Assembly (NCBI RefSeq): GCF_006345805.1 | Contig: NC_043011.1 | Coordinates: 60,958,464 to 61,022,463, forward strand | Length of the DNA stretch: 64,000 nt | DNA from: Octopus sinensis | Lineage: Eukaryota | Direction: 5' to 3' | In this document: positions 1 through 11,175 of the stretch, in pieces | How the letters are laid out: each line of letters begins with the position of its first letter | Position numbering within the stretch: position 1 is the stretch's first letter | Notes under the pieces: generated by a model | Seen by the model: only the letters and a program-made list of their open reading frames with translations | Databases searched by the model: none | Told to the model about the DNA's origin: nothing | Position numbers and translations under genes: made by a program

Positions 1-216
1 GAATATATATATATATATATGAATAAAAAATGGAGTTAACGCAGGTTTAAACAAGTACTTTTACTTTCTACATATGTTTCAAAAATTCCACTGATACTTA
101 TTCAAAAGAATAAAAGGTATAAACAATGCAATCTTCTCTTTTTTTGTGAGATTTTTGCTGCCCTGGTAACTATTGATTCATTTATCCGTGTTAATTGTTA
201 ACAAGGTAAAATACAC

Positions 217-334
<118 letters not shown>

Positions 335-357
335 GTACAGATATATGTATATATAAA

Positions 358-608
358 GAGTAAAATCTATTTTGTCAACGTAAATTGGCAGTCCTGATTA
401 GGACGATGTTATTACCTTTTTTAACCCCAGGAAAACATTTTTTCCAGCTGGCTACCGACGCACAACTGTATCGTTATACCTCGAACAAGGGAACTAATAT
501 CGCCACTCAGCCTTAAACAAGCTGGAAAGGATGTTGGGGCTAAAAAATAGGTAGTAACATCATTCTAATCAGGACTGGCGATTTACGTTGGCAAAATAGA
601 TTTTACTC
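358..608. repeat. Fold-back inverted repeat (about 90-bp arms, about 65-bp spacer)
   Basis: gagtaaaatctattttgtcaacgtaaattggcagtcctgattagg...aacattttttccagct (358-451) is the near reverse complement of 519-608. A related single arm lies at about 56670-56765. Confidence 0.85.
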
Positions 609-671
609 CGTAGCACTGTTACTACTTACTTCTCGTTCAGACATTTAAAATGATATACATACATACATACA

Positions 672-747
<76 letters not shown>

Positions 748-944
748 AAAGGGGTTTGTATGATTGTCTATAGAGGAATATATATTCAAAGAAATTCCAA
801 CTCTGTTTTTTATGTTTTATCTATATTCTTTATAATATTAATGTAGAATATAGAACATATAGTACAAATAATATAATATAGTAAAATGAAATAAAGTATT
901 GATTGTCTTATTGAATAGATGAAATACTGAATATGAAATATTAA

Positions 945-986
945 GGGACTAGTATACTTTCATGCGTTATAGCAGGCTTCAAGGTC

Positions 987-988
<2 letters not shown>
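945..988 (-). ncRNA. Degenerate type I hammerhead ribozyme motif
   Basis: Minus strand GGGAC-cuugaagc-c-UGC-uauaac-GCA-u-GAAA-GUAUAC-UA-GUCCC: 5-bp helix I, palindromic helix III, damaged CUGANGA core. Same repeat family as 14544-14586. Confidence 0.6.
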
Positions 989-1056
<68 letters not shown>

Positions 1057-1134
1057 AAACAAACAAAAGAAGAAAAAAATATATAGGACTAAACATTACA
1101 CTGGGAAAGGATTATATTAGAGTAAATTTGCTTC

Positions 1135-2250
1135 ATGCCTTCTTCTGTCTTGATGCTGGATTATTTGAACAATTTCATAAGCCAAATGATCCTATTAAGT
1201 GCATAAATGTAACATCCAGCCATCCACCCACGACTGGGGATTAGTTAAGAATACTTCAACAAGAATTTGTAGATTATTCGCTAATAAGAAAATTTTGGAA
1301 CCTCGTACAGCTTATAATGCTGATGTAGGTAGGAGTGAAAATTAAATATATGCAAGAATCAGGCATACACAACACTGTCAATTTGTCCAGTAATAAAATA
1401 CATTGTACACCATCTCAAAGTTACTGTTCGTGAACTTACTCAGATCGAGAACACAGGCCAGGAAGAATTTGGTGACGGCATTGAACTACCAACCAAAAGT
1501 CATAGACACACACGACACTATAACCCGACTGCTCATAACACAGTAAATTGTTCCAATCCTGTACAGCACACTAGATCAAATAAGCCAAATAACAGATACA
1601 AGAATTATGATGTCCCCTGCTTCAACCCAATTTTGGGTTCGCATTTTTCAAACAAGATCGAGATCGATGGAAAATATTTTGCCGTTGTGGACAACTGTTT
1701 TCCAAACTCTGATACCATGCCATTTTTAATCGGCGCACCGTGAAGGTATCCTACTCTAGCTCTACTAATTTCGAGCAGCTTATGCACCACATGAACAACA
1801 GTAAAATGCGACTGCAGTTCAATGACCCACCTACTAGATTTAGCAAAGATACGCATCTAAATACGAACGAAGGAGATGTAAACAACAAATACGGCCAAAT
1901 TGTTATAGTAGAAATGATTATAATAGCTAACTCGGTAACAACGTCGGAAAAGGAAGTCAGATTTGCAATATATACAAATAAATATAATAAATGCTCATGC
2001 AGAGATAAATCAAAATACCCATTGATGAACCTCTGTGTGAGTTCAAATCTTGTATATAAATGTACCGTGCACACAAGCGAGAGAGAGAGAGAGAGAACCG
2101 TGTGTTTACATTGTACAAACGGCTGATTCGTTTAAGAATCATTATCGTATCTTCAAGAGGATCAATAAGAGACGTTCAACATCTTTGGCTGATCTTCTGT
2201 GGCGACTGAAAGTTTTGAGAAATGGTCCGGGACCAGCAGGACATTTCCAC
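1135..2250 (+). mobile_element. Decayed Penelope-like retroelement (RT C-terminus, linker, GIY-YIG endonuclease)
   Basis: Frameshifted segments read FHKPNDPIKCINVTSSHPP, CFNPILG..KYFAVVDNCFP, FNRRTVKVSYSSSTN, KCSCRDKSKYPLMNLCVSSNLVYKCTV, YIVQTADSFKNHY and SLADLLWRLK, matching PLE motifs (KPN..HPP, WFNPP, FNRxxVKVSYS, CxC..CPL..C, YIG). A (GA)n run interrupts the endonuclease. Confidence 0.85.
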
Positions 2251-2738
2251 TAACGACCGTCACCTGATTTCGTCTAGTTGACCTAAACCGAAGCGATTCC
2301 GATATTTTCTCATGGAAACTCCATACTAGCCATGAAAGGATAAAAGAAAAAAGAAAATGGTGACTACAAAGACGATTAGTAAATTGGTCAGCTGCAACGT
2401 TTAATAAACGAAGTCAATAAACTAATGAGGCTGTCATAATCAGGTTTCAGTATTCAAGGAAATAGCGCCAACAGAACGATTAACCAGACTGAAAACAAAT
2501 TGGCGGCTGGAAATCTATACAATATACAAATATATATTATTAATTAATTTGTCATTAAGTTACACATCGACAGCCACTCACATGTCTGTCTGATAGATGT
2601 CTCTTTCACTCGCAGATCTCTGTGTGCGAGTATGTGTGTGTGTGTGTGTGTGTGCACGCATGTGTATGCGTGCGTGCGTACTTGAGTTTGTGCGTGCATA
2701 CATATATGCACATATACATACATGCATATATATATATA

Positions 2739-2863
<125 letters not shown>

Positions 2864-2958
2864 CATAATAATTGAGATTCAGATGAAATAGGTACTTAGG
2901 TTGAAGCACCAAAAATTAGTGCGGTATTATCCGTACAGCTCAAAGTATGGTGAATAAA

Positions 2959-3417
2959 ATCAAAATAAGCAACAGGATATCAAGAACTGATGCAGTACGA
3001 CCGTTTCAAGCGGCTCCATTTATTTGAACAATGCAATCGTTACATTAATTTAAATGTAGCTGCACAAATAAATAAATAGGATTTTAATCAGTCTGACACA
3101 TTAATATAATTTTGCTCAAATACTCCAAAAGAGCAAGAAGATAGAAAAGATTCCTGTTGTCACTATTGTAGCTAAGAATATATTACTATGCGTAGCTAGA
3201 ATAGCAACAACATGGATTTTTTGCTAGCTTCTTGCTCTGTTAGAGTATTTGAGCAAAATTATATTAGTGTGCCCGACTGATTAAAATTCTACTTATTTAT
3301 GCAGCTGAGGATAGTCCTGCATTTAAACTGATGTAATGAGTTCATTTTTCAATTAAATGAAGCCGGTTGAAACGGTTGTACTGCATCACTTCTTGCTATC
3401 CTGTTGCTTATTTTGAT
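2959..3417. repeat. Long fold-back (about 220-bp imperfect arms, about 20-nt loop) with hammerhead-like sequence in the arms
   Basis: atcaaaataagcaacagga...ccgtttcaa pairs with ttgaaacgg...tcctgttgcttattttgat; ttttgctcaaatactc pairs with gagtatttgagcaaaa. Confidence 0.85.
3299..3386 (+). ncRNA. Hammerhead-like motif whose helix II does not close
   Basis: AUGCAG-CUGAGGA-(57 nt)-GAAA-CGGUUG-UA-CUGCAU: 6-bp helix I and intact core words. Helix III looks like decayed CGGCCG (intact at 45155). The base of helix II does not pair. Confidence 0.45.
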
Positions 3418-3479
3418 TATGTATATATATGCTTATACTTTTGTATGTATGCATTTATGCATATACGTATGCATAAATG

Positions 3480-3700
3480 GCCTCACACGACACCGACTGG
3501 CAAGAGACATAGGTGTAGACCAAGAATGAGACAGTTTGATAATATCCAGCGTCTCAGTTGGTCACAATTGGGAATCCAGGCGGAAAGTGTAATGCTGGTT
3601 GCTTCTTGCCCCTGAGATGCCCCTCGGAGAAAGTGCCTGGTTGCTCTACCCCAGCTGCCATCCCAGGATTAGTTGACAGAGAAGATGGATGAATGGATAT
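3480..3700 (+). mobile_element. 3' end of an RTE-clade LINE (Rex3/Expander-like)
   Basis: PTGKRHRCRPRMRQFDNIQRLSWSQLGI resembles the RTE C-terminal GRRPRGRPRTRW motif and is followed by a gaagatggatgaatggat tail. Confidence 0.75.
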
Positions 3701-3994
3701 ATATATATACGAGAGATGACCACTAAGTGGACATCCATATGGTAGGAGTCGACCCCCCCCTATGGTCTTACTACTAAGAAATGAAAAGATACAAAATATA
3801 CAGATTAATCACAAACCAGTTTCGTTGTTGGTATTAATCAAATTAATATTCAAATTTTCACCCTTATTATTTTAAATATAAATATATATTAATAAAAATG
3901 GTAAAACAACAAAAGAATGAAAGAGACGTCGATATTATGTAAATAGAGGAATTTATCTACAAATGTAATATGTGACAATTATTCGGTAGCCATA

Positions 3995-4053
3995 ATAAAA
4001 CTCCGAGTTTTGGATGCCGATGTGGAAATCCACGCCGCCATCTCTTCAGTTAT
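3995..4053 (-). ncRNA. Type I hammerhead motif with GAAA changed to AAAA
   Basis: AUAA-CUGAAGA-GAUG..GUGGA-uu-UCCAC..CAUC-c-AAAA-CUCGGAG-UU-UUAU. The G12A change sits in a CpG context. Confidence 0.6.
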
Positions 4054-4082
4054 CCGGCCATCGGATATATATATATATATAT

Positions 4083-4275
4083 ATATACATAGGGAGAGTT
4101 TACGAAAAAAACAAAGGACGAAGACAGGTGGTGTACAAAACAAACAGATGTATTAGTATAACGATCAGGAATAGAAAAAGTATTTTACGTTTCGAGCCTA
4201 CGCTCTTCTACAGAAAGGGACACAGAAAAAAACAAGGAGAGAAAAGAATGTGTGTAGTGGCTAACGATCTAACAT
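4083..4275 (-). mobile_element. Penelope-type terminal-repeat fragment with a variant hammerhead (4183-4216)
   Basis: Minus strand UUU-CUGUAGA-A-GAGC-guag-GCUC-GAAA-CG-UA-AAA. Related copies at about 6265-6345, 6500-6600 and 45420-45640. Confidence 0.65.
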
Positions 4276-4316
<41 letters not shown>

Positions 4317-4342
4317 TTGTATATATATATATATATATATAT

Positions 4343-4424
4343 AATTCATAAATGAGGGCAAAGGAAAAAAATTCTAATTTCCTTTTTTTCCTTTTTTTTC
4401 CCCCTTTGCCCTCATTTATGAATT
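4343..4424. repeat. Perfect 22-bp inverted repeat
   Basis: aattcataaatgagggcaaagg (4343-4364) / cctttgccctcatttatgaatt (4403-4424). Confidence 0.9.
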
Positions 4425-4771
4425 GTTTATAAATTTAACCGTTAAAGGTATTTTTTAATATGCTGGCCATTGATAAAATTTTTTCGAGAAAATATTTTTT
4501 GTTTCGAAAAGAATTTTATCCTCACATTTGATATATATATATGGGATAAGAATATCCGTTTTTATTATCGCTGACCAGCACACTATGCTCATAGGGTACA
4601 TGTAATAACAGAATGAGCACGTTTCTCCATTTTCTGCTTATTTATATACAATATATATAAATATATATATATAATATATATATATACTATACTATGGGAT
4701 TACATGGATGAGCATTAATAAATAATATATATATCATGTATGTAATGCATGTATATGATATATATATATAA

Positions 4772-4805
<34 letters not shown>

Positions 4806-5253
4806 TGTCTGTGTGAGTAAACATTGCATTAAGCTTATTGAATATATTCCAGGCTTGGGTTATGGCAGTGTTTGCGCGCACGTATTTGTGGGAGTGTTTG
4901 TTCATATGGCTAGATATATTTTGAAGTCTGGATTTGTCTATGAATATGTAATGGAAAAAATTATTCTATATTAGAAACGTAATAAAAATTGTATTAGAAA
5001 TGTAGCTGTTGAGCAGAGTTAATTCACGAAACATAATTAAAGAACAAAGTAAATATATTTGCTCAGATAGTTGTTATTGCAAGTTGTTCTGAAGAATCTC
5101 TTGAAGTGGACAGAATAACGCTAGTCGTATAAGTCTCAGACAAATACGTACACGTGTTCTAATACATAAACATACATACACACACGCATACATACATGCA
5201 AGTTTGCATACATATACATCTGTATACATAAATATATGCAGATATATCAATAT

Positions 5254-5289
<36 letters not shown>

Positions 5290-5340
5290 ATATATATATA
5301 TATATACATACATACGTACACACATACATACATATATATG

Positions 5341-5374
<34 letters not shown>

Positions 5375-5387
5375 AGATAGATAGAAG

Positions 5388-5454
<67 letters not shown>

Positions 5455-5872
5455 GAGATAGATAGATAGACAGGCAGACAGACAGATAGACAGACAGATA
5501 GATAGATAGATATACTTCATGTATAGATTGCCGCCATTAAAACAAAAACCATTTGTTATCTTACTTGTCGATTAATAATACTAAAGCAAGGAGATGATCT
5601 GTCAGAATGGTTGGCACACTGGACACAATTCTTTGTGACAAATATCTCTGGATCACTCTATATTTATATTCATATGTGTATATATCTGTGCTTAAAATCC
5701 AAATTACCCTTCAGCTTTACTTTCGCGCGCGCGACACACACACATTCATATATTTGTCAACCAATTTATCTCACTCCCTCTTTCGATAAATATATATGTT
5801 TATATATATATAATGTATATATATATATTCATACATATAAACACATATATATATATATATATATATATATTC

Positions 5873-5918
<46 letters not shown>

Positions 5919-5997
5919 ATAATAAATATTAGGGAATAAATCCAATTTACAGGGAAAAATCAGATTTAGGATTGAATCCAATTTTATAGTAAAATTA

Positions 5998-6243
5998 ATA
6001 TAATATTAATTAGAGACAAAACCACTATTATGCAAATCAAACAAAGAAAGACTTAATTCAATACATAAAAAATTGAATAGGAAGTCTTGAAACCACCTGA
6101 TGAATGTCCTTAGAAGTGACAGGAAACAATTGTAGTGGATAACTTAATTTTATTTAATTTATATAAAATTTTTTATGTATTGGATTAAGTCTTTCTTTGT
6201 TTGATTTGCATAATAGTGGTTTTGTCTCTAATTAATATTATAT
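5998..6243. repeat. Fold-back element (77-bp arms) enclosing a hammerhead
   Basis: 5998-6074 is the reverse complement of 6167-6243 with one or two mismatches. Confidence 0.9.
6093..6138 (+). ncRNA. Minimal type I hammerhead ribozyme
   Basis: CCAC-CUGAUGA-a-UGUC-cuuagaagu-GACA-g-GAAA-CAAUUG-UA-GUGG. GUA triplet, predicted cleavage after 6134, A.G mismatch at 10.1/11.1. Confidence 0.85.
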
Positions 6244-6455
6244 ATATGTATATATATATATGTATAGATGAAATATACAGTAAAACAAAAGACGGACACA
6301 GGTGCATAAACAATAAGCAGGTGTATTAGTTTGACGCTCAGGAAGCATGGGACGTGGAAGTAAGCTTCTTATGACACAGCCACAACCACGCCTGCGCCTC
6401 CGAATGTACGACTGGAAGATGGTATTTTAAATATATATAGACATATATATATATA

Positions 6456-6486
<31 letters not shown>

Positions 6487-6857
6487 ATCTATCTATATCT
6501 ATCTTTATTTTTGAACTTTTTTGCTTTGTGTTCCTTCCTGTTAACGAGCGTAGGATCGAAACGTCAAAGACTTTCTCATCTTCCTGAGCGTCAAGCCGGC
6601 CCTTAGGAGCCAGGCATGGCACTAGAAGGGACAAACGAATTACTTTAATCTATCAACTTTGTGTATTCGCAGATTAGCTGTGTTTTGGCCTGGTGGAGGG
6701 AAAATACTCTCTCAAATCTTAAGAGACTATTTTCCACCTCGCCAAAACGCAGCGAAGACGTGAAGTATATGTGGCTGATGTTGATTATTACTAAGTGTAA
6801 ATGAATCTTTGATATATATTTATATTTTACATTCATACATTCACACACAGAGGTGCA

Positions 6858-7013
6858 AGAATGACTCTGGTAAGAAACTTGCTTCCTAACCACATGGTCC
6901 CGGGTTCAGTCTCACTGCGCGGCACCTTGGGAAAGTGCCTTCTACTATAGCCTCGGGCCGACCAAATCCTTGTGAATGAATTTGGTATACGGAAACTGAA
7001 AGATGCCCGTCGC

Positions 7014-7015
<2 letters not shown>
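6858..7015 (+). mobile_element. tRNA-derived SINE family A, 5' half
   Basis: tggtaagaaacttgcttcctaaccacatggtcccgggttcagtctcactgcg (A/B-box-like head) matches the complete copy at 42495-42875. Confidence 0.85.
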
Positions 7016-7051
<36 letters not shown>

Positions 7052-8289
7052 TGTGTGTGTGTATGTGTATATATAACAGTAATAACAGGTTACCTACGGA
7101 CGCGCGTTTTTGCCTACGTGGTTTGTCTTCAAGTGCTTTGGTTTTTCTGGAACTCCCTTTAAAGTAGAAAGAATAGCTAGGATTATGACTGCTATTTCTA
7201 AAACTTCGGTGTGTGGTGAAGCTAATCGTTGCTGAACCCTAATTATATAGTTTTACTTAAACTTACCATTAAATGGTCTTTTTTCATGCCGAATTCTAGT
7301 TGGTGAAATTACTAATTACTTATTAATTAATTAATTTCACCCTTTGTTATTATTGATAATGGTATTTTTCTCCCAGAAAAAAACTGTAGCATCTTATTTT
7401 GGCGACACGCTGGAGGGCGAGGGAGGATGACTTACTGTCATTCATTTTTTGACGTATAATGTACACGTATAATGTCCGTGTATATATGCGGATATTCTGT
7501 TGTATGTATGTATATGTACGCGCGTGCGTGTGGGTGTATGTGTGTTTATGTACATGTTTACACGTGAGTGCGTGTGTATGCTTATAGGCTTGGAGCCGTG
7601 TATGCGCGCGTATATGTGCGCGTGTATATGGGTGTATGTATCCATGATGGTATGTATGTACAAGATGACCAACTAATTCAAAGAACTAGATTAAACGCCA
7701 ACAGCTCTGATTTACACACACTAGGTCCCCAGACGACCCTGTTGATTTATTGACACCCAAAACTTCTACAACTAAATTTTATCAATCTCCTGACCACCAT
7801 GTTTTGGTCCGTAACCTCTATACATCCCTTATCTTTATATTTTTTACATTTTTATCATGTTTATTCTTATTTTTTATTTTTTTACTTTTTACTTTTTCTA
7901 TTTCTATTTTTACTTTATAACCTTATGCCTTTACATTCATTTATATTTCTTTATATTTCTTTATATTCTTTATATCCCCTTTACATCTCCTTATATCCCT
8001 TTATATCTTTATACTCTACATTTTATATTTTTTCTATACTTACACTTTTTATACATTTTTTATCCCTCGTCCTGAATTCCTCCCGCCCCTCCCTCCTCAC
8101 GTCTATATATGTATTTATTTATTTACATTACTTCAACATCCAAATTTCCTCATTCTACATTGAGAGAAGAAAGAGATGGACGCTTCAACTCTATGCTGTT
8201 GCCGCATTATGTCGTACGCGAATGAGAGGATTTGCATCCCCAACCAAGAATTTTTTGATGTAACCATGTCCTTGTGGAAGCTGTTGTGC

Positions 8290-8366
8290 GCGGCTGAAGA
8301 AGGCCACAGACATACATTATGCATTGTTATAATCTGTCTAATAAAGGCCCGAAACATATGTACCGC
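8290..8366 (+). ncRNA. Type I hammerhead ribozyme with extended helix II
   Basis: GCGG-CUGAAGA-a-GGCC-ACAG..AUUAU..AUAAU-CUGU..GGCC-c-GAAA-CAUAUG-UA-CCGC. Predicted cleavage after 8362. Confidence 0.8.
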
Positions 8367-8449
8367 TGAATCCTTGGCATCATGTTTTTATTTTGATCAA
8401 TTTTATATATATATATATATGTATATGTATGTATGTACGTGTGTCTATG

Positions 8450-8630
8450 TTTGTCTCCCACCATCGCTTGACAACCGATGTTGGTGTTTACATTCCTGTA
8501 ACTTAACGGCTCGGCAAAAGCGACCGATAGAATAAGTACTAGGCTTACAAAGAGTAAGTCCTCTGGTCGATTTACTCGACTAAAGGCAGTGCTCCAGCAT
8601 GGCCGCAGTCAAATGACTGAAACAAGTGAA
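8450..8630 (+). mobile_element. SINE family A, 3' half
   Basis: gacaaccgatgttggtg...gctccagcatggccgcagtcaaatgactgaaacaagt, as in 42700-42875. Other pieces lie near 12380, 13100, 15535, 21897, 31250, 36920, 37320, 37770, 44075 and 46775. Confidence 0.85.
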
Positions 8631-9204
8631 ACTGTACACAAAGCATTTCTCTAACATCACGTCAGTGGCGTGGGTCGAAAACAAATAACAAAAACCACAA
8701 AAAAAAACCTGAAACAATATATGTATACATACAATTATAAGGCTATCTACTGTTTGATGAATATATGTGTATTTACTGTAAGCAGCATCTATATGTGTAA
8801 GCGTAATGTTTATATAGACACGTAGCTTTTTAAATATAAATCTGGTAACATCTCTCAGTGTATCAATGACACTAATGATCGATATAATAAACAGAGCCAT
8901 TTACACGTTGGTCTGGTTACCTTGGAGCAGTTTACTGTAAACCATCTCAGCAGGATATGAATGAAGCGATTTCCTGGTTGCTGATGGTTGTTCTTATTTG
9001 ATCGACTGATTGATTGGTAAAATACTCACCTGACACATTATCTCTCGCTCTCTCTTTCTTACACTTTCTATATATATACACACATATGTATTTATACATA
9101 CGTATATATGTATTCATATTTATATCTATCCATTTATACACATGCACACACTCATATCTATCTATTCATACACACCCGCACACTCATATCTACCCGTCTG
9201 TCTA

Positions 9205-9235
<31 letters not shown>

Positions 9236-9305
9236 ATATAACTATCTGTTTACATATAGGTGTGAGTTTGTGCACACACACACACACACACACACACACA
9301 GATAT

Positions 9306-9369
<64 letters not shown>

Positions 9370-9456
9370 TGCACACACTTATCGTACCTGAATAGGTTAG
9401 ACGAATCCGAGTGTTATCAATAGTTGGGACGGGTGAAGTAGAACTTACTGCGACAA

Positions 9457-9506
<50 letters not shown>

Positions 9507-9519
9507 CTTTTCTATTATA

Positions 9520-9720
9520 GGCAGACGGCCTGAAATTTGGGGGAGGGGATAGTCGTTTACATCGACCACAGTACTCACCCGGTACATAATTTATCGTCCC
9601 CGAAACTATGAAAGGTTAAGTCGACCTCGGTGGAATTTGAACTCAGAACGTAGCGACGAGCGAAATACCGCTAAGTATTTAGCCCAGTATGCTAACAATT
9701 CTGCCAGCCCACCACCGAGC
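9520..9720 (-). mobile_element. tRNA-derived SINE family B
   Basis: Reverse complement of the ggcgagctggcagaa...gagttcaaattcc...gaggtcgac family. Other copies near 11440, 12130, 12590, 22005, 33940, 38670, 41235, 41780, 42095, 51390, 57700 and 62415. Confidence 0.8.
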
Positions 9721-10189
9721 ATTTTGTTCGTCGCTCTGGACACTTTCCCAAGGGACTGACTCCAAACCCCATAAATGGACAGTCATGCCTCTGCCCATAT
9801 TTCTATGAATTATTCGGGCGTTTTATGAAATTATAAATACAAAATCCTTAAATTTTAAAAACGAAAATCGGTAAAAACAAACAGTATTTGTTAATATCAA
9901 ATTTTGTTGAATGATGAAAACTGAGAAAAAAAGTATTTAAGACAATATTTAACAATATAGTAAAATAGCTATATTTAATTTTTAAAAATTCTATTTTAAC
10001 CCTTTCAGGCTTCGAGTGCTATGTATCGGGTGTGATTCCATTTCACTATACATCTTGAAAACGCAAAAGCTGGTGGCCCCATCGTTTTGTATTTTGAACT
10101 TTATTCTTTAACTGTATGTGAAACATAATGTGTCATCAGTTGATCTTCATCTGTTTCGATTTTTGGCAATGAATTGTAGTTGTTCTCAG

Positions 10190-10660
10190 GTCTAGTCACC
10201 TGCCTGCCTTCAAGTTCAGTAGACATCCAGGTTCCTTTTGGTTGTCACAATGGATCACCTTTGATTTATCCATCGAGGGATTTGCTTTGTAATGTTGAAT
10301 ACAGGTCTCCGTAGGGTGTGTCCAATCAGGTTTCGGTTTTGTAGGGTGTCTCCCCAAACAACCCCATTTCCTCCTCTTGATATGGGTTTTGATAGGGTGG
10401 TGGTTCACTTATTCCCGCAAAACTTTGTGAGTCTGTCTTGTCATTTCACTCGAAAGATGTTTTGGAGATATCTGTTCACAAACGTTTTGTGCTTGTCCAT
10501 TGACAACTTTTTGACTCAATATATTTCATAGTATGTTTCTGCGCACAGCAGAAATATTTTTACCTTTGTATCTCAAATCCTGAGTTTTGAGTCTGGCGAG
10601 GAAGTTCTAGGATGTCCAGACTTAACACCTTGAAGGCAGCTATAGATTTGTTTGCAGATT
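10190..10660 (-). mobile_element. Decayed RTE-clade LINE, RT C-terminal fragment
   Basis: Minus frames give SKLRI*DTKVK..LCAET, TFVNRYLQNIFRVK*QD and IKTHIKRRKWG, matching RTE TKLRIF..YGAETW / FVNRCLR.IL / RRRKW.WIGH. Confidence 0.75.
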
Positions 10661-10900
10661 GCAGGTAGGATGAAGCATCGTAATTTGCCGCTATAAACAC
10701 AAAACCATGTCGCCAGCCGCTTTTGTGTCTTTCAGGGTTAAAACGAAAACGCACCCGTTAAAGCCTACATGCGATAACAAAATGTTAAAATGAGTTAATA
10801 AGTTACTTGTAGTTTAAATGTGTGTTTCAGATATTGCTTACTAATAAAATATAAATAAACTTACTAATTTTGTTTTTCTAAAGAAGAATGTCTATAAAGT

Positions 10901-11175
10901 GGAGGCACATGGCTTAGTGGTTGAGGGACCGCGGGTTCGAATCTCAGACCGGGCGATGTGTGTGTGTGTATGAGCGAAATACCTAAGCACCACGCTGCTC
11001 CGGCAGAAGGTAATGGCGAACCTCTGCTGACTCTTTTTGCCACAACTTTTTCTCACACTTTCCTCTTGCAGCTCACTTGCGACGGACCGGCGTCCCGTTC
11101 AGGTGGGGAATCTATACGCCAAGGAAACCGAGAAGCCGGCCCTATGAACCAGGCATGGCTCGAGAAGGAACAAAC
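10901..11175 (+). mobile_element. tRNA-derived SINE family C variant
   Basis: Head gtggaggcacatggcttagtggt...gggttcgaatctcagaccggg shared with 44252 and 13290. Confidence 0.75.

Noticed and set aside
2895-2930. Mariner-TIR-like ttaggttgaagcaccaaaaattagtgcgg
   Set aside because: Single short weak match with no partner end.
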